Shown one piece after another: positions 49,428-62,519 of a stretch of 64,000 bases of DNA (position 1 is its first letter; each line of letters starts with the position of its first letter). Source of the DNA: Cetorhinus maximus (taxonomy: Eukaryota); the NCBI RefSeq assembly GCF_964194155.1, contig NC_135895.1, forward strand, positions 50,654,001 to 50,718,000. Reading direction: 5' to 3'. A program made the position numbers and the translations under genes. Below the pieces are notes generated by a model that ran no database searches, was not told where the DNA came from, and was given only the letters and a program-made list of their open reading frames with translations.

Positions 49428-50648
49428 ATGGAGCCTGGTGACCTAGCCGTATGCCTTGTGGTGTACAGAGAGTGGAGACGAAGGAGAAGAGAGCAACACC
49501 TTGCTGGGCAGAGGGAGAACAGCACCCTCAGGAGGAAGGGGTGGCTGAGGCTCCCGCACATGCTGAAGAGCCACAGCGAACCATCGCTGTTCGGTGCCTA
49601 GCTAGACCCAGGGTCTATACACGCTGCCTTTCCTTCCTGCAGACCATCAAGCACCAGTGTCGCCGATGACTGAGCGTGTCTAGGGAACTGGTCGATCACA
49701 TCTGCCAGTTACTGCAGGATTTGGTGTCATGGGTACATGGAGGACATCCATTGCCAGTGGCCGTGAAAGTGACCGCAGCACTCAATTTCTATGCCAGCAG
49801 CTCCTTTCAGGGCTCCACAGGTGACCTCTGTGGGATATCACAAACCTCCACCCACAAATGCATCCATGATGCTATCTTCGCGAAGGCACACAACTTTGTG
49901 CATTTCGCCTGGGATCAGGAAAGCCAGGATGCAAGAGCGCTGGGATTTGCCAGATCTCTGGTTTTCCACAGGTGCAGGGTACCATTGACTGCACTCACGT
50001 GGCGCTCAGATCTCCATCGCAACAAGCAGTCAACTATGTCAACCGTAAGGGTTTCTACTCGCTGAATGTTCAGCTGGTGTTCGACCACCACAAACACATT
50101 CTGCAGGTCTGCGCACGGTTCCCAGGGAGTGTGCATGACTCCTACATACTCATTTGGTCTCAGTTCCCTGATGTCTTCCAGGGTCCATAGAGGCTGCAGG
50201 GTTGGCTCCTCAGGGGCAACGGTAACCAGCAGAGGACATGGCTGATGACACCCATGTGGCAGCCTCAGACTGCAGCAGAGCGAAGGTATAACAAGGCTCA
50301 TGCTGCAACTTGAACCTTGGTGGAGCAAACCATCGAGATGCTGAAAATGAGGTTCTGGTGCCTTGACTGGTCTGCTGGAGCCCTGCAATACCAGAGAGGG
50401 TGTCATGCATCGTCATCGGGCTGCGGCCTTCACAACTTGGCGCTGCAATGGGGAGAGGAGCTGGCTGAGAAGGAGATGAGGAGCTGGACATCTCCTGCAA
50501 TGGGGAGGACATCAGTGGGGATGAGGGTGAGCATGTCCTCGAAGGCGATGATGACGGCAATGAGGCTCTCGCACTGTCCAGTCAAGGTAGGTGTGCTCGG
50601 GAGGCCCTCATAGCTGCTAGATTTGTGGAGGATGATGAGGACATGTAG
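49428..50648 (+). pseudogene. Harbinger DDE transposase (HARBI1-like), frameshifted
   Basis: LPVAVKVTAALNFYASSSFQGSTGDLCGISQ, QGTIDCTHV, NRKGFYSLNVQLVFD, ARFPGSVHDS, VEQTIEMLKMRFWCLD, LHNLAL, acidic tail. Confidence 0.9.
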
Positions 50649-51317
50649 TGAGGAGACACCATAGATCCTCACATTTCATCTGTGAATGTCTGACGCCTGT
50701 CTAGCCGAGGGCAGCTCGCTTGCCCTATGTTCAGGGTCATATCATGGAGACACAGCTGTGAAAATTTAAATCCACCTGATCCTTTGTCAACCTTCTGCAC
50801 CTGACCCCTTCAGGAGCACAGCATCACCATTCACAGGTGCTGACGATATGGGGGCCAGCCCCACCTCAAAAGGTGCTGGGAGCACACAGAGACCATGGTG
50901 GAACTCTGTGACACCTGCCCACGACATTCTGGCAGCCATGACAAGCACTGTCGAGGTGCAGGCATCAGTAATGTGTCCAGTGAGTATGAAGTCAGACTAT
51001 CCCTTTTGGTTTGAAGGCTGCACAAAGCACAAGGATGAGGCCCTGGACTGAGACACCTCCCTTTATCTTGTGCAGGGCCCAAGGTTTCACATCTGAGAGA
51101 CACGAACACTGCTCATCACATCAAGGGGGACATTCTTGGGAGTTAATTGACAATAGTGAACATTATGTACAAATGATTAACATCTGTGCCCAGGCTGTGT
51201 CAGCTGTGGCTCAGTTCATAGCACCCTCACCTTTGAGTCAGAAGGTTGTGGGTTCATGTCCCACTCCAGGACTTTGAACAAAAAAAAAGTCAAGAACTGT
51301 GAATGTACTCGAAAGAG

Positions 51318-53228
51318 TTACATCTTCTTAACCTTCTTGACCCTGCCGCTACATCTTAGTGCTCCCCCAATTTCCACAGCAGGGGTAGAGGCAGCCTGCT
51401 GACAGCTATGCCCTGTCTGTGATGACCTTGACAGGCGTCCTCTGGAGGGCCGAGACAGGGAGGGCCTCAGCCTGTTTTGTGGTACCCTCCTCGGCCTGTG
51501 GCGCTGGAGTTGCTGTGGTCACAGGAAGAGGGGATTTGGATGGACCAGGCACTCCCAGCATCACATGGGTGGATGGCCTCAGGGTATGCACCTGCTGATC
51601 CTCCTCCCTACGGGTGCCCAAGGGCCCCCGGCTGACTCCTTGAGGAGAAGGGAGGCTGGAGTGATATCGAACTGCCCCACTACCTCTCGCATACATACTG
51701 TCGGAGGCCAACTATGGCATCAGCGATGGAATTCAGCCAGCACAGCAGTGCTGGACCAACGTCCTGGACCAAGTTCTCCATGGCAGCCGCCATCCTGACA
51801 GTTTTGACCTCGGTGCGTAGACATACTGGTGCCATCACCTCAGGCTGAAAGTGGACGGACTCCTCCATCATGCCTTGCAATCTGAGGAGTGCAGCGGACA
51901 TCCCTTCCTGATGTTCCCAAGCTTGCCTTTGCAGCTCCAGCAACCGTGACATGACCCAGCCCAGTGGCTCGTCATCTGACTCAAATTCAGATCTCTGGCC
52001 TCCAGCAGTCCTCTGAGTGCTGGAAACCTGGGAAGTCCCTGCTGTCGCCTACAGTAGATCAGACATTGTGATGTCCTCACCAGATTGTGATCCTGAGGCT
52101 ACTCTAAAGCTAGGTCCCACCAAGGTGTGTGTCTCTGCACTGGTGGAGGGTGTGGGTGAGCGCTGTGACAGGTCTTTAATGAAGGTGCCTTCAGATTCCT
52201 CTTCAGAGGATTTTTTTCGGGGCTTGATTGGAGGCCCTGGGTCATGGACTCTATTGGCTGTTTGGCAGATGTGCCTGCAAAAGCAAGGGGAGATAATCAT
52301 CGCATGGCAGTGGCCTGTGAAAGAGGACACATCACTCACGGCATGGTTGTCTGATGGATGTTGCACTGCTGGATCCTCACTTGGTACAGCACCGTCGACC
52401 TCACTGTCAGCGCAGGAACGGTCCAGATCCTTGCCAGCCAGCTGGATGACTATATTTTCAAAGAACATGAGGATCTTGATTTCAGGCACTCCTCCATCAG
52501 TCTCCCTGTTATTGTGTGCAAACTTTTCCTGCATGAATAGAGATGGAGGACACCTGCCAGGCCAGATTGTAGGTATTGGAGGCAGTGGCACAGTGGTATT
52601 GTCACTGGACTGGTATTCCAGAGACCCAGGGTAACGCTCTGGGTACCAGGATTTGAATCCCGCCATGGCAGATGGTGCAATTTGAATTCAATAAAAATCT
52701 GGAATTGTAAGTCTGATGATGACCATGAAACCATTACCAGATCATTGTAAAAACCCATCTGGTTCACTAATGGCCTTTAGGGAAGGAAACCTGGTGCCCT
52801 TACCTCTTCTGGGCCTGCATGCGACTCCAGACCCACAGAAATGCCCTCAGAATGGGGGCAATTAGGGTTGGGCCTAGCAGATGTCCACATCCCATGAACA
52901 AATAATTTTTAAAAATGTGTGGGTGGTGAGGACAATGAAGGTGAATGGTGATGTCCCTTGAACTGGCAGTGAGCGAGATCCCTGTGGATGTGTGATAGGT
53001 TTGTGAATGTGTGAGTAGATGAGAAGGGTGACTTACCCTGGCATCTTTTGGCACTGGCTACTTTTGTAGGGCATTGGCACTGGATTTGCTGGACTGGTGA
53101 TGTTGCTGCTTCTCCTGTGGCCAGAGCGGGGATAGAGGACATCACAGCGGACCTCATGGGTCCAAAAGGTACTTGAGAAACGCGCTGTTAAAATGACGCA
53201 CTGCAGTCTTCTTGCCTTTCTGGGCCAT
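51318..53228 (-). pseudogene. Harbinger Myb/SANT-like DNA-binding gene, intron-containing, disrupted
   Basis: MAQKGKKTA..F start, RCDVLYPRSG, QEKFAHNNRE..GGVPEIKIL, coiled-coil LLELQRQA, basic C-terminus. Convergent with the transposase. Confidence 0.75.
52578..52915 (+). mobile_element. tRNA-derived SINE (same family as 20546-20912)
   Basis: A box tggcacagtgg, B-box-like gatttgaatcc, LINE-like tail cacatcccatgaac. Confidence 0.85.
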
Positions 53229-53779
53229 GTCTTTTTTGCAGCAGTCCTGGGCTGGAAGCAGTGAGAGGTGTGCACGCAGCTGCACTTTAAATATGGTGCC
53301 TGGAGTGAGCAAGAGGCGAGGTGATGGTATGATGGGTGAATGAAAGCCCGCCTGCTATCAAAATGGCATGTTTCCCAGGAATGCATGACTAATGAGGCAG
53401 GATTGAGACAATACTGCGTGAGAAGCTGCCATTGCGGCCTGCGGGTAAAGCGTTCTTTTTCCTGCCCGCTACCATACTTAGTGCAAATATGGGACGATTC
53501 AGCCCTTTATCTCTACTTAATAAGACAACAACAAAAAACTTTTGTGCTGAAGCAAGGCCTTCCCTGTCTTTGAAATTCCTTTTAAGAGCTGAAATGTCCG
53601 ATGAGGGCTTACTATGAAACTACCATTGATAGGGACTCCCTGAATATATGGTGGAACTTTTCTTCCATACTTTCACAAAAGGAGTACCATACAAGATCTA
53701 AGGTTTCTTCTGGTCCTTGATGCCTTACTTAAGTTTCCAGAACAGATAGCTCATATATACAGAACACATAAAATGAGAT

Positions 53780-54095
53780 GAAATTACTAACCTTCTGGAG
53801 AATTCTAAGTTAATCAGTGCCAGGCAACACAGATTTCTAAAAGGCAAACCTTTGAATATATAGAAGAGTTATAGGAAATACAATGGTGGTTGTTTGCTTT
53901 AATTTTCAGAAAATAAAAATCAGTAAGGTATTGGTGACTTATGCAAAGATAATGGGATGCAGAATTAAGAGGCATCTGGTCACTTAAAGTGGGCCGCGGT
54001 TGGTAGGCAGAAAGCCACTGATAGTTATCGGACTAGGAAGCTGCAGAGTTCCGCAGGAGCAATGCTGGAGCCATTCTTATTTATGTACGTATATG

Positions 54096-54137
<42 letters not shown>

Positions 54138-54960
54138 CTTTGGAAGTGAAAAAATAATGTTGACATTTACTGTTTACACCGAATAAGGCAAAGGGATGGC
54201 AAATTATGAACAAGATTGTTAAAAACTGCAGGAAGACACAGGCTGTCAGGGTGGGAAGATAGGTTCAATATAGAGAACTGTGAATTAATACATTCTATAA
54301 GTAGTCATAGGAATAAGAAATAACCTTTGATTAAGTAGAGGAGAAAGGGACACAGACTATAAAATATAGCAATGTTAGAAAATAGTGTCATAAAAAAGAA
54401 AAAAACTGAATCTTTGGTTTGGCATGGAGAATACTGTAGAAAAATAAAGCAAAGATAATGTTGAACTTGTACAGAACATTAGTTAGACCTTTGTTGGAGT
54501 ACTGTATTTGGTTTTATGTACTCCACTACGGAAAGGACAAAAGTAATAGAAAAGGTGAAGGCGAGATTCACTAGAATATTACAAGAGGTCACATTAATGG
54601 AAAAACTGGAGTAGTATATTATTTTTATACTGGAGAGGAGAAGCTTAAAGGATGACCTGATAAAAGTTTCCCAAGTTGTGATTGGTTATGAAAAAGTACA
54701 TACTGTAGTAAAAAGCTTCCACTGGCCAGAGAGTTGGTAACAAGGGGACAAAAATCTTGGGGATAAAACACAAAAAGAATTAAAAGGGGAAGTTGGAAAA
54801 AAAAATCCTCATGCAGATAATGGATGAATATTGACTTTCCTACCAAAATCCATTTCAGAGGCAAAGTATACGAACATTCTTTGGAAGGGATGGAAGGGAA
54901 ACACAAAGGTAATTGAAAAGGAGGAATATTAAATAAAGGGTATGCAGAGTGAACAGGACA
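53780..54960 (+). mobile_element. Highly degenerate CR1 ORF2 remnant
   Basis: MLNLYRTLVRP.LEYC, LERRSLKDDLIKV motifs. Confidence 0.6.
54097..54133. repeat. (CA)n microsatellite
   Basis: Seen directly. Confidence 0.95.
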
Positions 54961-56682
54961 GTCACATATATTATTGGATTTTACACGAGATATTCTACCA
55001 GGGTTTAATGCAATGATTCCATCATTGCAAACCACTCCTGTAGGTAGACCTCGAATCTTTTAAGATGGAGCATGCCTTTATCTGCCCAATATTTAGGCAA
55101 ATGATGGCAAGACCCAGAAACTGAACAAGAACCCCAGCTATTCAATGCAGGCTAGAAGGTACCATCTGATTCTCCTCATCTTCAGTAGGTCGGTTGAATT
55201 TGTACAATCTCAGGCTGAGATTCAGGCTATAAATGACAGTTTATTTTTAATGTAGAACAAGTAAATTAACTATATTTTGTGTAAAAAGCTATCCTGTAAT
55301 TTTTTTTCTCATTTATCATGAAATCATCTCTGCCTGGGTTGTCTTGCAAACATACACTAAACCTTCAAAACTGATGCTGATTTGGTGGTGAAACAGATTC
55401 TCCACAACTTCAGTTTCTTATTTGGCCTGAACTGACTATACCCTCTCTACCACAAAGCTTACCTTCTTCAACCTCAGTAACATCAGCTGGCTCTGTCCCT
55501 ATCTTAGCCCAGCTGCCACTAAAAACTAATGCCCTAATGATTTCAACTTAACAGTCTTCCTATCCCGCACCCTCTAAGAACATCAGTTCATCCAAAGCGC
55601 TACTGTCCATAACATAATCCACACTAAGCTCACCTATTAATCCTGTTTGTGCTTAAAATTCCTTCATGGTCACAGCCTCTTTCTATAACTATCTCCAGGT
55701 TTACAATCGTGCTCTCTATCAATTCTCATTAAAACCCACCTTTTTGAGCAAATATTTAGTAATCTCTTCCTGGCAATCACTTATCCTCCTGGTTCTGTCA
55801 ATTACCTCAAGCCATTTTTCCCTGATGAAGGGTCCACAAATGCAATTTGCTCTTGTTTTTGTTGTTGAAATGCTGCCACTGGGCGGAAGTAGCTCAGCAT
55901 CAGCCCTCTGCTGGCTTCAGACTATTGACTGGCTGAGGTAAACTTACCCACAGAAATGCCGTTCCACTTCCTTAGAAGGTCTATTTCATACTAAGCTCGT
56001 TCACGAACAACTGCATTTTAGATAATTAAATTAAATGATTAGCCATTCCTTGACAATTACAAGGATGCTCAATAGTTGAAACATAACCCTGCCTAGCCAT
56101 CCATCAAAGATTCTATAAATAGGTTCAGCCCAATTGATATTAGCATATTGAAACCACCTTTTGTCTGACACAGACCAAGTTGTATACACATATTAATCAG
56201 CCTTTCATTTTTTTCTAATGAAAATGTGTACCTCTGTACCTCTCAGTCACAACGCACAGAAACAACAATTAACCTTGTCTGCTGTTTCTCGTAATAGGAA
56301 ATTGAAATCAATAATCTAATACAAAAACACAATTTTATCACAGCGGAATTATATTAGGTAGTTTACATAGGGAAAAAACACCATTTAATGGCCTATTTCT
56401 GTGCTATAACATTCAGCAATTTTAAAGACCATCAAAATATCAACTGCCATGATGCTAAAACCATTATTTTTTAAGTATAAATTATAATATTAGAAGTGCA
56501 ACTTTGCTTAAACAGAATTAAACTGATCTTGTTCCATGGCTGGTGATATGTGATCCACTAACATTCTGCTGCATGATAGCATGGGAGAGAAGGATGTTTG
56601 ATCAAGTGAATGTTTTAAAAAGAAATTTTTTAAAAATTGATCCAATTCCAAAGAAAATCATCATGATGACATTGTTAACACT

Positions 56683-59038
56683 CGGCGTGACATTAGTCGT
56701 CTCAATTTCTCTGCTCCTCTCACTCATTCTAATCTGTCTCTCTCTGAACTTACTGCACTCCGTTCTCTCAGGTCCAACCCCAACATTGTCATCAAATCCA
56801 TTGACAAGGGTGGTGCTGTTGTTGTCTGGCGCACTGACCTCTACCTCGCGGAGGCTGAGCATCAACTCACAGACACTTCCTCCTACCTCTCCCTGGACCA
56901 TGACCCCACCACTGAACATCAAGCCATTGTTTCCAGGACTGTCACTGACCTCATCTCCTCTGGAGATCTTCCTCCCACAGCTTCCAACCTGATAGTCGCC
57001 CAACCTCGGACGGCCCGCTTCTACCTCCTACGCAAAATCCACAAACAGAACTCTCCCGGCAGACCGATCGTGTCAGCCTGTTCCTGCCCCATGGAACTCA
57101 TTTCTTGACTCCATTCTCTCTCCCCTCGTCCAGTCCCTTCCCACCTACATCTGTGATTCCTCTGACACCTTACGTCACATCAACAATTTCCAGTTCCCTG
57201 GCCCCAACCGCTTCCTCTTCACCATGGACGTCCAATCCCTCTACACCTCCATCCCCCACCAGGATGGTCTGAGGGCCCTTAGTTTCTTCCTTGAACAGAG
57301 GCCCGAACAATCCCCATCCACCACTACTCTCCTCCGTCTGGCTGAACTTGTTCTCACACTGAACAATTTCTCCTTTAACTCCTCTCACTTCCTCCAAATA
57401 AAAGGTGTGGCTATGGGTACCCGCATGGGCCCCAGCTATGCCTGTCTCTTTATGGGGTATGTGGAACATTCCTTGTTCCAGTCCTACTCCGGCCCCCTCC
57501 CACAACTCTTTCTCCGGTACATCGATGATTACTTCGGTGCTGCTTCATGCTCTCGTCGGGACCTGGAAAAATTTATTAATTTTGCTTCCAATCTCCACCC
57601 CTCCATCATTTTTACATGGTCCATCTCTGACACTTCCCTTCCCTTCCTTGACCTCTCTGTCTCAATTTCTGGTGATAGACTGTCCACCAATATCCATTAC
57701 AAGCCTACCGACTCCCACAGCTACCTCGACTACAGCTCCTCACACCCCGCTTCCTGTAAGGACTCCATCCCATTCTCTCAGTTCTTTCGCCTCCGTCGCA
57801 TCTGTTCTGATGATGCTACCTTCAAAAACAGTTCCTCTGACAGGTCCTCCTTCTTCCTTAACCGAGGTTTTCCCACCCACGGTCGTTGACAAGGCCCTCA
57901 ACCGTGTCCGGCCCATCTCCCGTGCATCCGCCCTCACGCCCTCTCCTCCCTCCCAGAAACATCATAGGGTCCCCCTTTGTCCTCACTTATCACCCCACCA
58001 GCCTCCGCATTCAAAGGATCATCCTCCGCCATCTCCAGCATGATGCCACCACCAAACACATCTTCCCTTCACCCCCCCGGCGGCATTCCGTAGGGATCAT
58101 TCCCTCCGGGACACCCTGGTCCACTCCTCAACCCCCACCTATGGCACCTCCCCATGCCCACGCAAAAGATGCAACACCTGCCCCTTCACTTCCTCTCTCC
58201 TCACCGTCCAAGGGCCCAAACACTCCTTTCAAGTGAAGCAGCATTTCACTTGCATTTCCCCTAACTCAGTCTACTGCATTTGTTGCTCCCAAAGCGGTCT
58301 CCTCTACATTGGAGAGACCAAACGTAAACTGGGCGACCACTTTGCAGAACACCTGCGGTCTGTCCGCAAGAAAGACCCAAACCTCCCTGTCGCTTGCCAT
58401 TTTAACACTCCACCCTGCTCTCTTGCCCATATGTCTGTCCTTGGCTTGCTGCATTGTTCCAGTGAAGCCCAACGCAAACTGGAGGAACAGCACCTCATCT
58501 TCCGACTAGGCACTTTACAGCCTTCCGGACTGAATATTGAATTCAACAACTTTAGATCTTGAACTCCCTCCTCCATCCCCACCCTCTTTCCGTTTCTTCC
58601 CCCTCCCTTTTGTTTTTTTCCAATAATTTATATAGATTTTTCTTTTCCCACCTATTTCCATTATTTTTAAATCTATACCTTTAATGCCCTGTTAGTCTTT
58701 CCACCCCACCCCCACTAGAGCTGTACCTTGAGTGTCCTGCCATCCATTCTTAATTAGCACATTCGTTTAGATAATATCACCACCTTCAACACCTCTTTGT
58801 TCCTTTGTCTGTGACATCTTTTGATTATCTGCTCCTATCACTGCTTGCTTGTCCCTACAACCACTGCCCCCCAGCCAAAACTTCTCTCCCCCCACCTTAA
58901 ACCAGCTTATATTTCACCCCTCTCCTAATATTACTCAGTTCTGTTGAAGGGTCATGAGGACTTGAAACGTCAACTCTTTTCTTCTCCACCGATGCTGCCA
59001 GACCTGCTGAGTTTTTCCAGGTAATTCTGTTTTTGTTT
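56683..59038 (+). mobile_element. 5'-truncated, relatively young Penelope-like element (RT + GIY-YIG endonuclease)
   Basis: DKGGAVVV, MDVQSLYTSIPH, GVAMGTRMGP, FLRYIDDYF, LPFLDL, YCICC..GLLYIGETKRKLGDHFAEH, EEQHLIFRLGTLQPSGLN. 11-bp TSD ttgttaacact (56672-56682 / 59039-59049). Confidence 0.93.
58937..58975 (+). ncRNA. Minimal type I hammerhead-like motif in the PLE 3' UTR (atypical core)
   Basis: AGTT [I] CTGTTGA a GGGTC atgag GACTT GAAA CGTC AACT [I']. Palindromic ACGT in place of helix III; predicted cleavage after GUC (58971). Confidence 0.6.
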
Positions 59039-60262
59039 TTGTTAACACTGTAGTCATTTATTGCAAAATCAAAGACATTTTTGTCACTTATAGACAGCAT
59101 GTATTTGAAGAGAACACATTTAATATCCCCTATCCTGTCATTCCATGCTAAGGACAAAGAGGTTTGCATCACTGACTTACAAGCCAACTTGCAAACAATT
59201 TGCACTTCTGGCCAGAAAGTCTAGAAATGAGGCAATTAGGCCTCTTTACAGCTTCCATCATGAATGTCATTTTTTGTGGAAATGTAAAAGACCAAATGAA
59301 TGCTGCTCTTTGTCAAAGGGATTCAAACTATGCAGTGTAGCTAAAATTGCTTAAAAATGTGGTTATAAGGAAAGTGAAGTCTCATTGTTGCAACTCAGAT
59401 TCACACTCCGTAGGTGTGAGATGGCTGCTCAGACAAAGCTACATAGGAAGTTCAATATCTCGAAAAAACAGCAGTAGAGGATTTTTTTGGGTTTCATTAA
59501 CATCTAAAAAAAGGGCAAAGTCCAATTACATCTAGAAATGTTTGTCTGTTTGTTTCTTATGACCAAGGGATCGAGACTCAAAGAGCGTGCACACGTACAA
59601 CATTGTTACTAGAGTCAAAAGGTCAGTGCTCTACTTATAGCACCATACTGACATGAGGCAAGGCCACTCCCTGGTTCCAGATCCTCCTAAAGCTATTTCA
59701 GGTCTTGAAGATTTTGTAACGACAAACCTGTCAATGTTTCTCAGCTTAATTATCTAATTATCCAGTTGAAATATGTGAAGAGGATTGGAAGAAACCTATT
59801 AAAAAATCAGTTCACAATTAAAGTTCTGGTTTTCCTTCACAAAAAGATCATTTTGTAAAATCCATGAGCTTCTAAAAATGAAAACAGCTGCCATTTACTT
59901 AGCGCACTTGCATTGAATTTTTGAAGAAGCCAGTCAGAGGTACTAAAAAAGACATTGTAATTTTTTAAAAAATGATCAGTCAAACTGTTCCTGTTAGACA
60001 GGTGAACTCAATGCTCCATTGTTCTATTCAGAATAAATTTAGATACAGCTGTATATGAGAAATACAAAACTTTGAAAGAGAAAAAGAGGGCTGTTTTCAA
60101 TTTTAGTTTCCTTTCTTAAATAATTTGAGCTTTTTAGAGTTGCCATTAAAAGAAATACAACACAAGAAGTGTACAAATATTAAAAGAATAGGCACCACTT
60201 CAAATACTCAGTAATGTGGTGCAGAGGTGTGCAGATCAGGAAGTTCCAGGTTTGATCCTTGG

Positions 60263-62500
60263 ATTTTCTTTTATTCATTCATGGATCTGAGTGTCGTTGG
60301 CTAGGCCAGCATTTGTTGCCCTTGAGAAGGTGGTGGCGAGCTGCCTTCTTGAAGCTGCAGTCCCTATGGTGTAGGTACGCCCACAGTGCTGTTAGGGAGG
60401 GAGTTCCAGGATTTTGACCCAGCGACAGTGAAGGAGCGTGATACATTTCCAAGTCAGGATGGTGAGTGGCTTGGAGAGGAACTTCCAGGTGGTGGTGTTC
60501 CCATATATCTGCTGCCCTTGTCCTTGTAGATGGTAGAGGTTGTGGGTTTGGAAGGTGCTTTCTCGGAGCCTTGGTGAGTTCCAGCTGTGCATCTTGTAGA
60601 TGGTACACACTGCTGCCACAATGCATCAGTGGTGGAGGGAGTGAATGTTTGTGGATGGGATGCCAATCAAGTGGACGTCTTTGTCCTGAATGGTGTCAAG
60701 CTTCTTGAGTGTTGTTGGAGCTGCACTCATCCAGGCAAGTGGGGAGTATTCCATCATACTCCTGACTTGTGCCTTGTAGGTGGTAGACAGACTTTGGGGA
60801 GTCAAGAGGTAAGTTACTCGCCACAAGATTCTTAGCATTTGACCTGCTCTTGTCGCCACATTATTTATTTGGCTGGTCCAGTTCAGTTTCTGATCAATGG
60901 TAATTCCCAGGGAGTTGACAGTGGGGGATTCAGCGATGGTGATGCCATTGAATGTCAAGGGGCAATGGTTAGGTTCTCTCTTGTCTGGCACTTGTGTGGC
61001 ACAAATGTAACTTGCCACTTGTCAGCCCAAGCCTGGATATTGTTCAGGTCTTGCTGCATTTGGACATGGGCTACTTCAGTTTCTGAGGAGTCACAAATGG
61101 TGCTGAACATTATGCAATCATTAGCGAACATCCCCACTTCTGACCTTCTGGTGGAAGGAAGGTCATTGAAGAAACAGCTGAAGATGGTTGGGCCTAGGAC
61201 ACTACCCTGAGGAACTCCTTCAGTGATGTCCTGGAACTGAGGTGATTGTCCTCCAACAACCACAGCCATCTTCCTTTGTGCTAGGTACGACTCCAACCAG
61301 CAGAGAGTTTTCCCCCAATTCCCACTGACTCCAGTTTTGCTAGGGCTCCTTGATACTTGGTCAGATGCTGCCTTGATGTCAAGGGCAGTCACTCTCACCT
61401 CACTCGGGAGTTTAGCTCTTTCATCCATGTTTGAACCAGGGTTAGGAACTAAGTGGCCCTGGTAGAACTGAAACCGAGCATCAGTGAGCAGTTTATTGTT
61501 AAGCAAGTGCCGCTTGATAGCATTGCTGATGACCTCTTCCATCACTTTACTAATGATTGAGATTGGGCTGATGGGATTGTAATTAGCTGGGTTGGATTTG
61601 TCCTGCTTTTGGAGCACAGGACATACCTGGGCACGTTTTCACATAGCCGGACAGATGCCAGTGTAGTAGCTGTACTGGAACAGCTTGGCTAGGGGTGTGG
61701 CAAGTTCTGGAGCACCGGTCTTCAGTGCTATTGCTGGGATATTGTCAGGGCCCATAGCCTTTGCAGTATCCAGTGCCTTCAGCTGTTTCTTGATATCATG
61801 TGGAGTGAATTGAATTGGCTGAAGACTGGCATCTGTGATGCTGGGGACCTCTGGAGGATGCTAAGATGGATCACCTACTCGGCACTTCTGGCTGAAGAAT
61901 GTTGCAAATGTTTCAGCCTTTTCTTTTGCACTGATGTGCTGGGCTACCCCATCATTAAGGATGGGGATATTTGTGGGCCTGCCACAGACCCAGTCCAGCA
62001 ACTATGTCCAGCTCCGTCTGTAGTGGTGCTACTGAGTCACTCTTCATGACGAACACTGAAGTCCACCAGAGTACATTCTGTGCCCTTGCCGCCCTCGGTG
62101 CTTCTTCCAGTGGTGTTCAACATAGCGCAATACTGAATCATCACCTGATGGGGGCGGTACATGGTAATCAGCAGGAGGTTTCATTGCCTTGTTTGACCTC
62201 GTGCCATTAGACTTCTTGGGGTCCAGAGTCGATGTTGAGGATTCCCAGGATTGTATACCAGTGTGTCACCACCTCTGCTGGGTCTGTCCTGCCAGCGGGT
62301 CAGGATATACCCAGGGATGGTGATGGTGGTGTCTGGGACATTATCTGTAAGGCATGATTCTGTGAGAATGAGTGCTGTTGCTTGACTAGTCTGTGAAACA
62401 GCTCTCCCAATTTTGGCACTACCCCCCACATGTTAGTAAGGAGGACTTTGCAGGGTTGACAGGGCTGAGTTTGCTGTTGTGGTGCCGTCGTCCAGTTTCA
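60263..62500 (-). mobile_element. Jockey-group LINE ORF2 (endonuclease remnant + RT), degenerate
   Basis: LILTES, ANYNPISPISIISKVME, ALDIKAASD, GVPQGSVLGP, FANDC; 3' tail atgaatgaataaa. Confidence 0.88.
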
Positions 62501-62519
62501 TTCCTTTTAGCGGTTTGAT

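Larger units (their letters stand above)
47190..53505. mobile_element. Harbinger DNA transposon with convergent transposase and Myb-like genes
   Basis: Right terminus gggacgattcagccc at 53505. Transposase on +, Myb-like gene on -. Left boundary approximate. Confidence 0.8.

Noticed and set aside
49428-50648. Domesticated HARBI1 host gene
   Set aside because: Multiple stops and frameshifts, with a paired Myb-like gene and a transposon terminus; a dead transposon copy.
55820-55840. cctgatgaagggtcc hammerhead start (similar on - near 44530)
   Set aside because: The GAAA half and stems are missing; at most a decayed PLE scrap.
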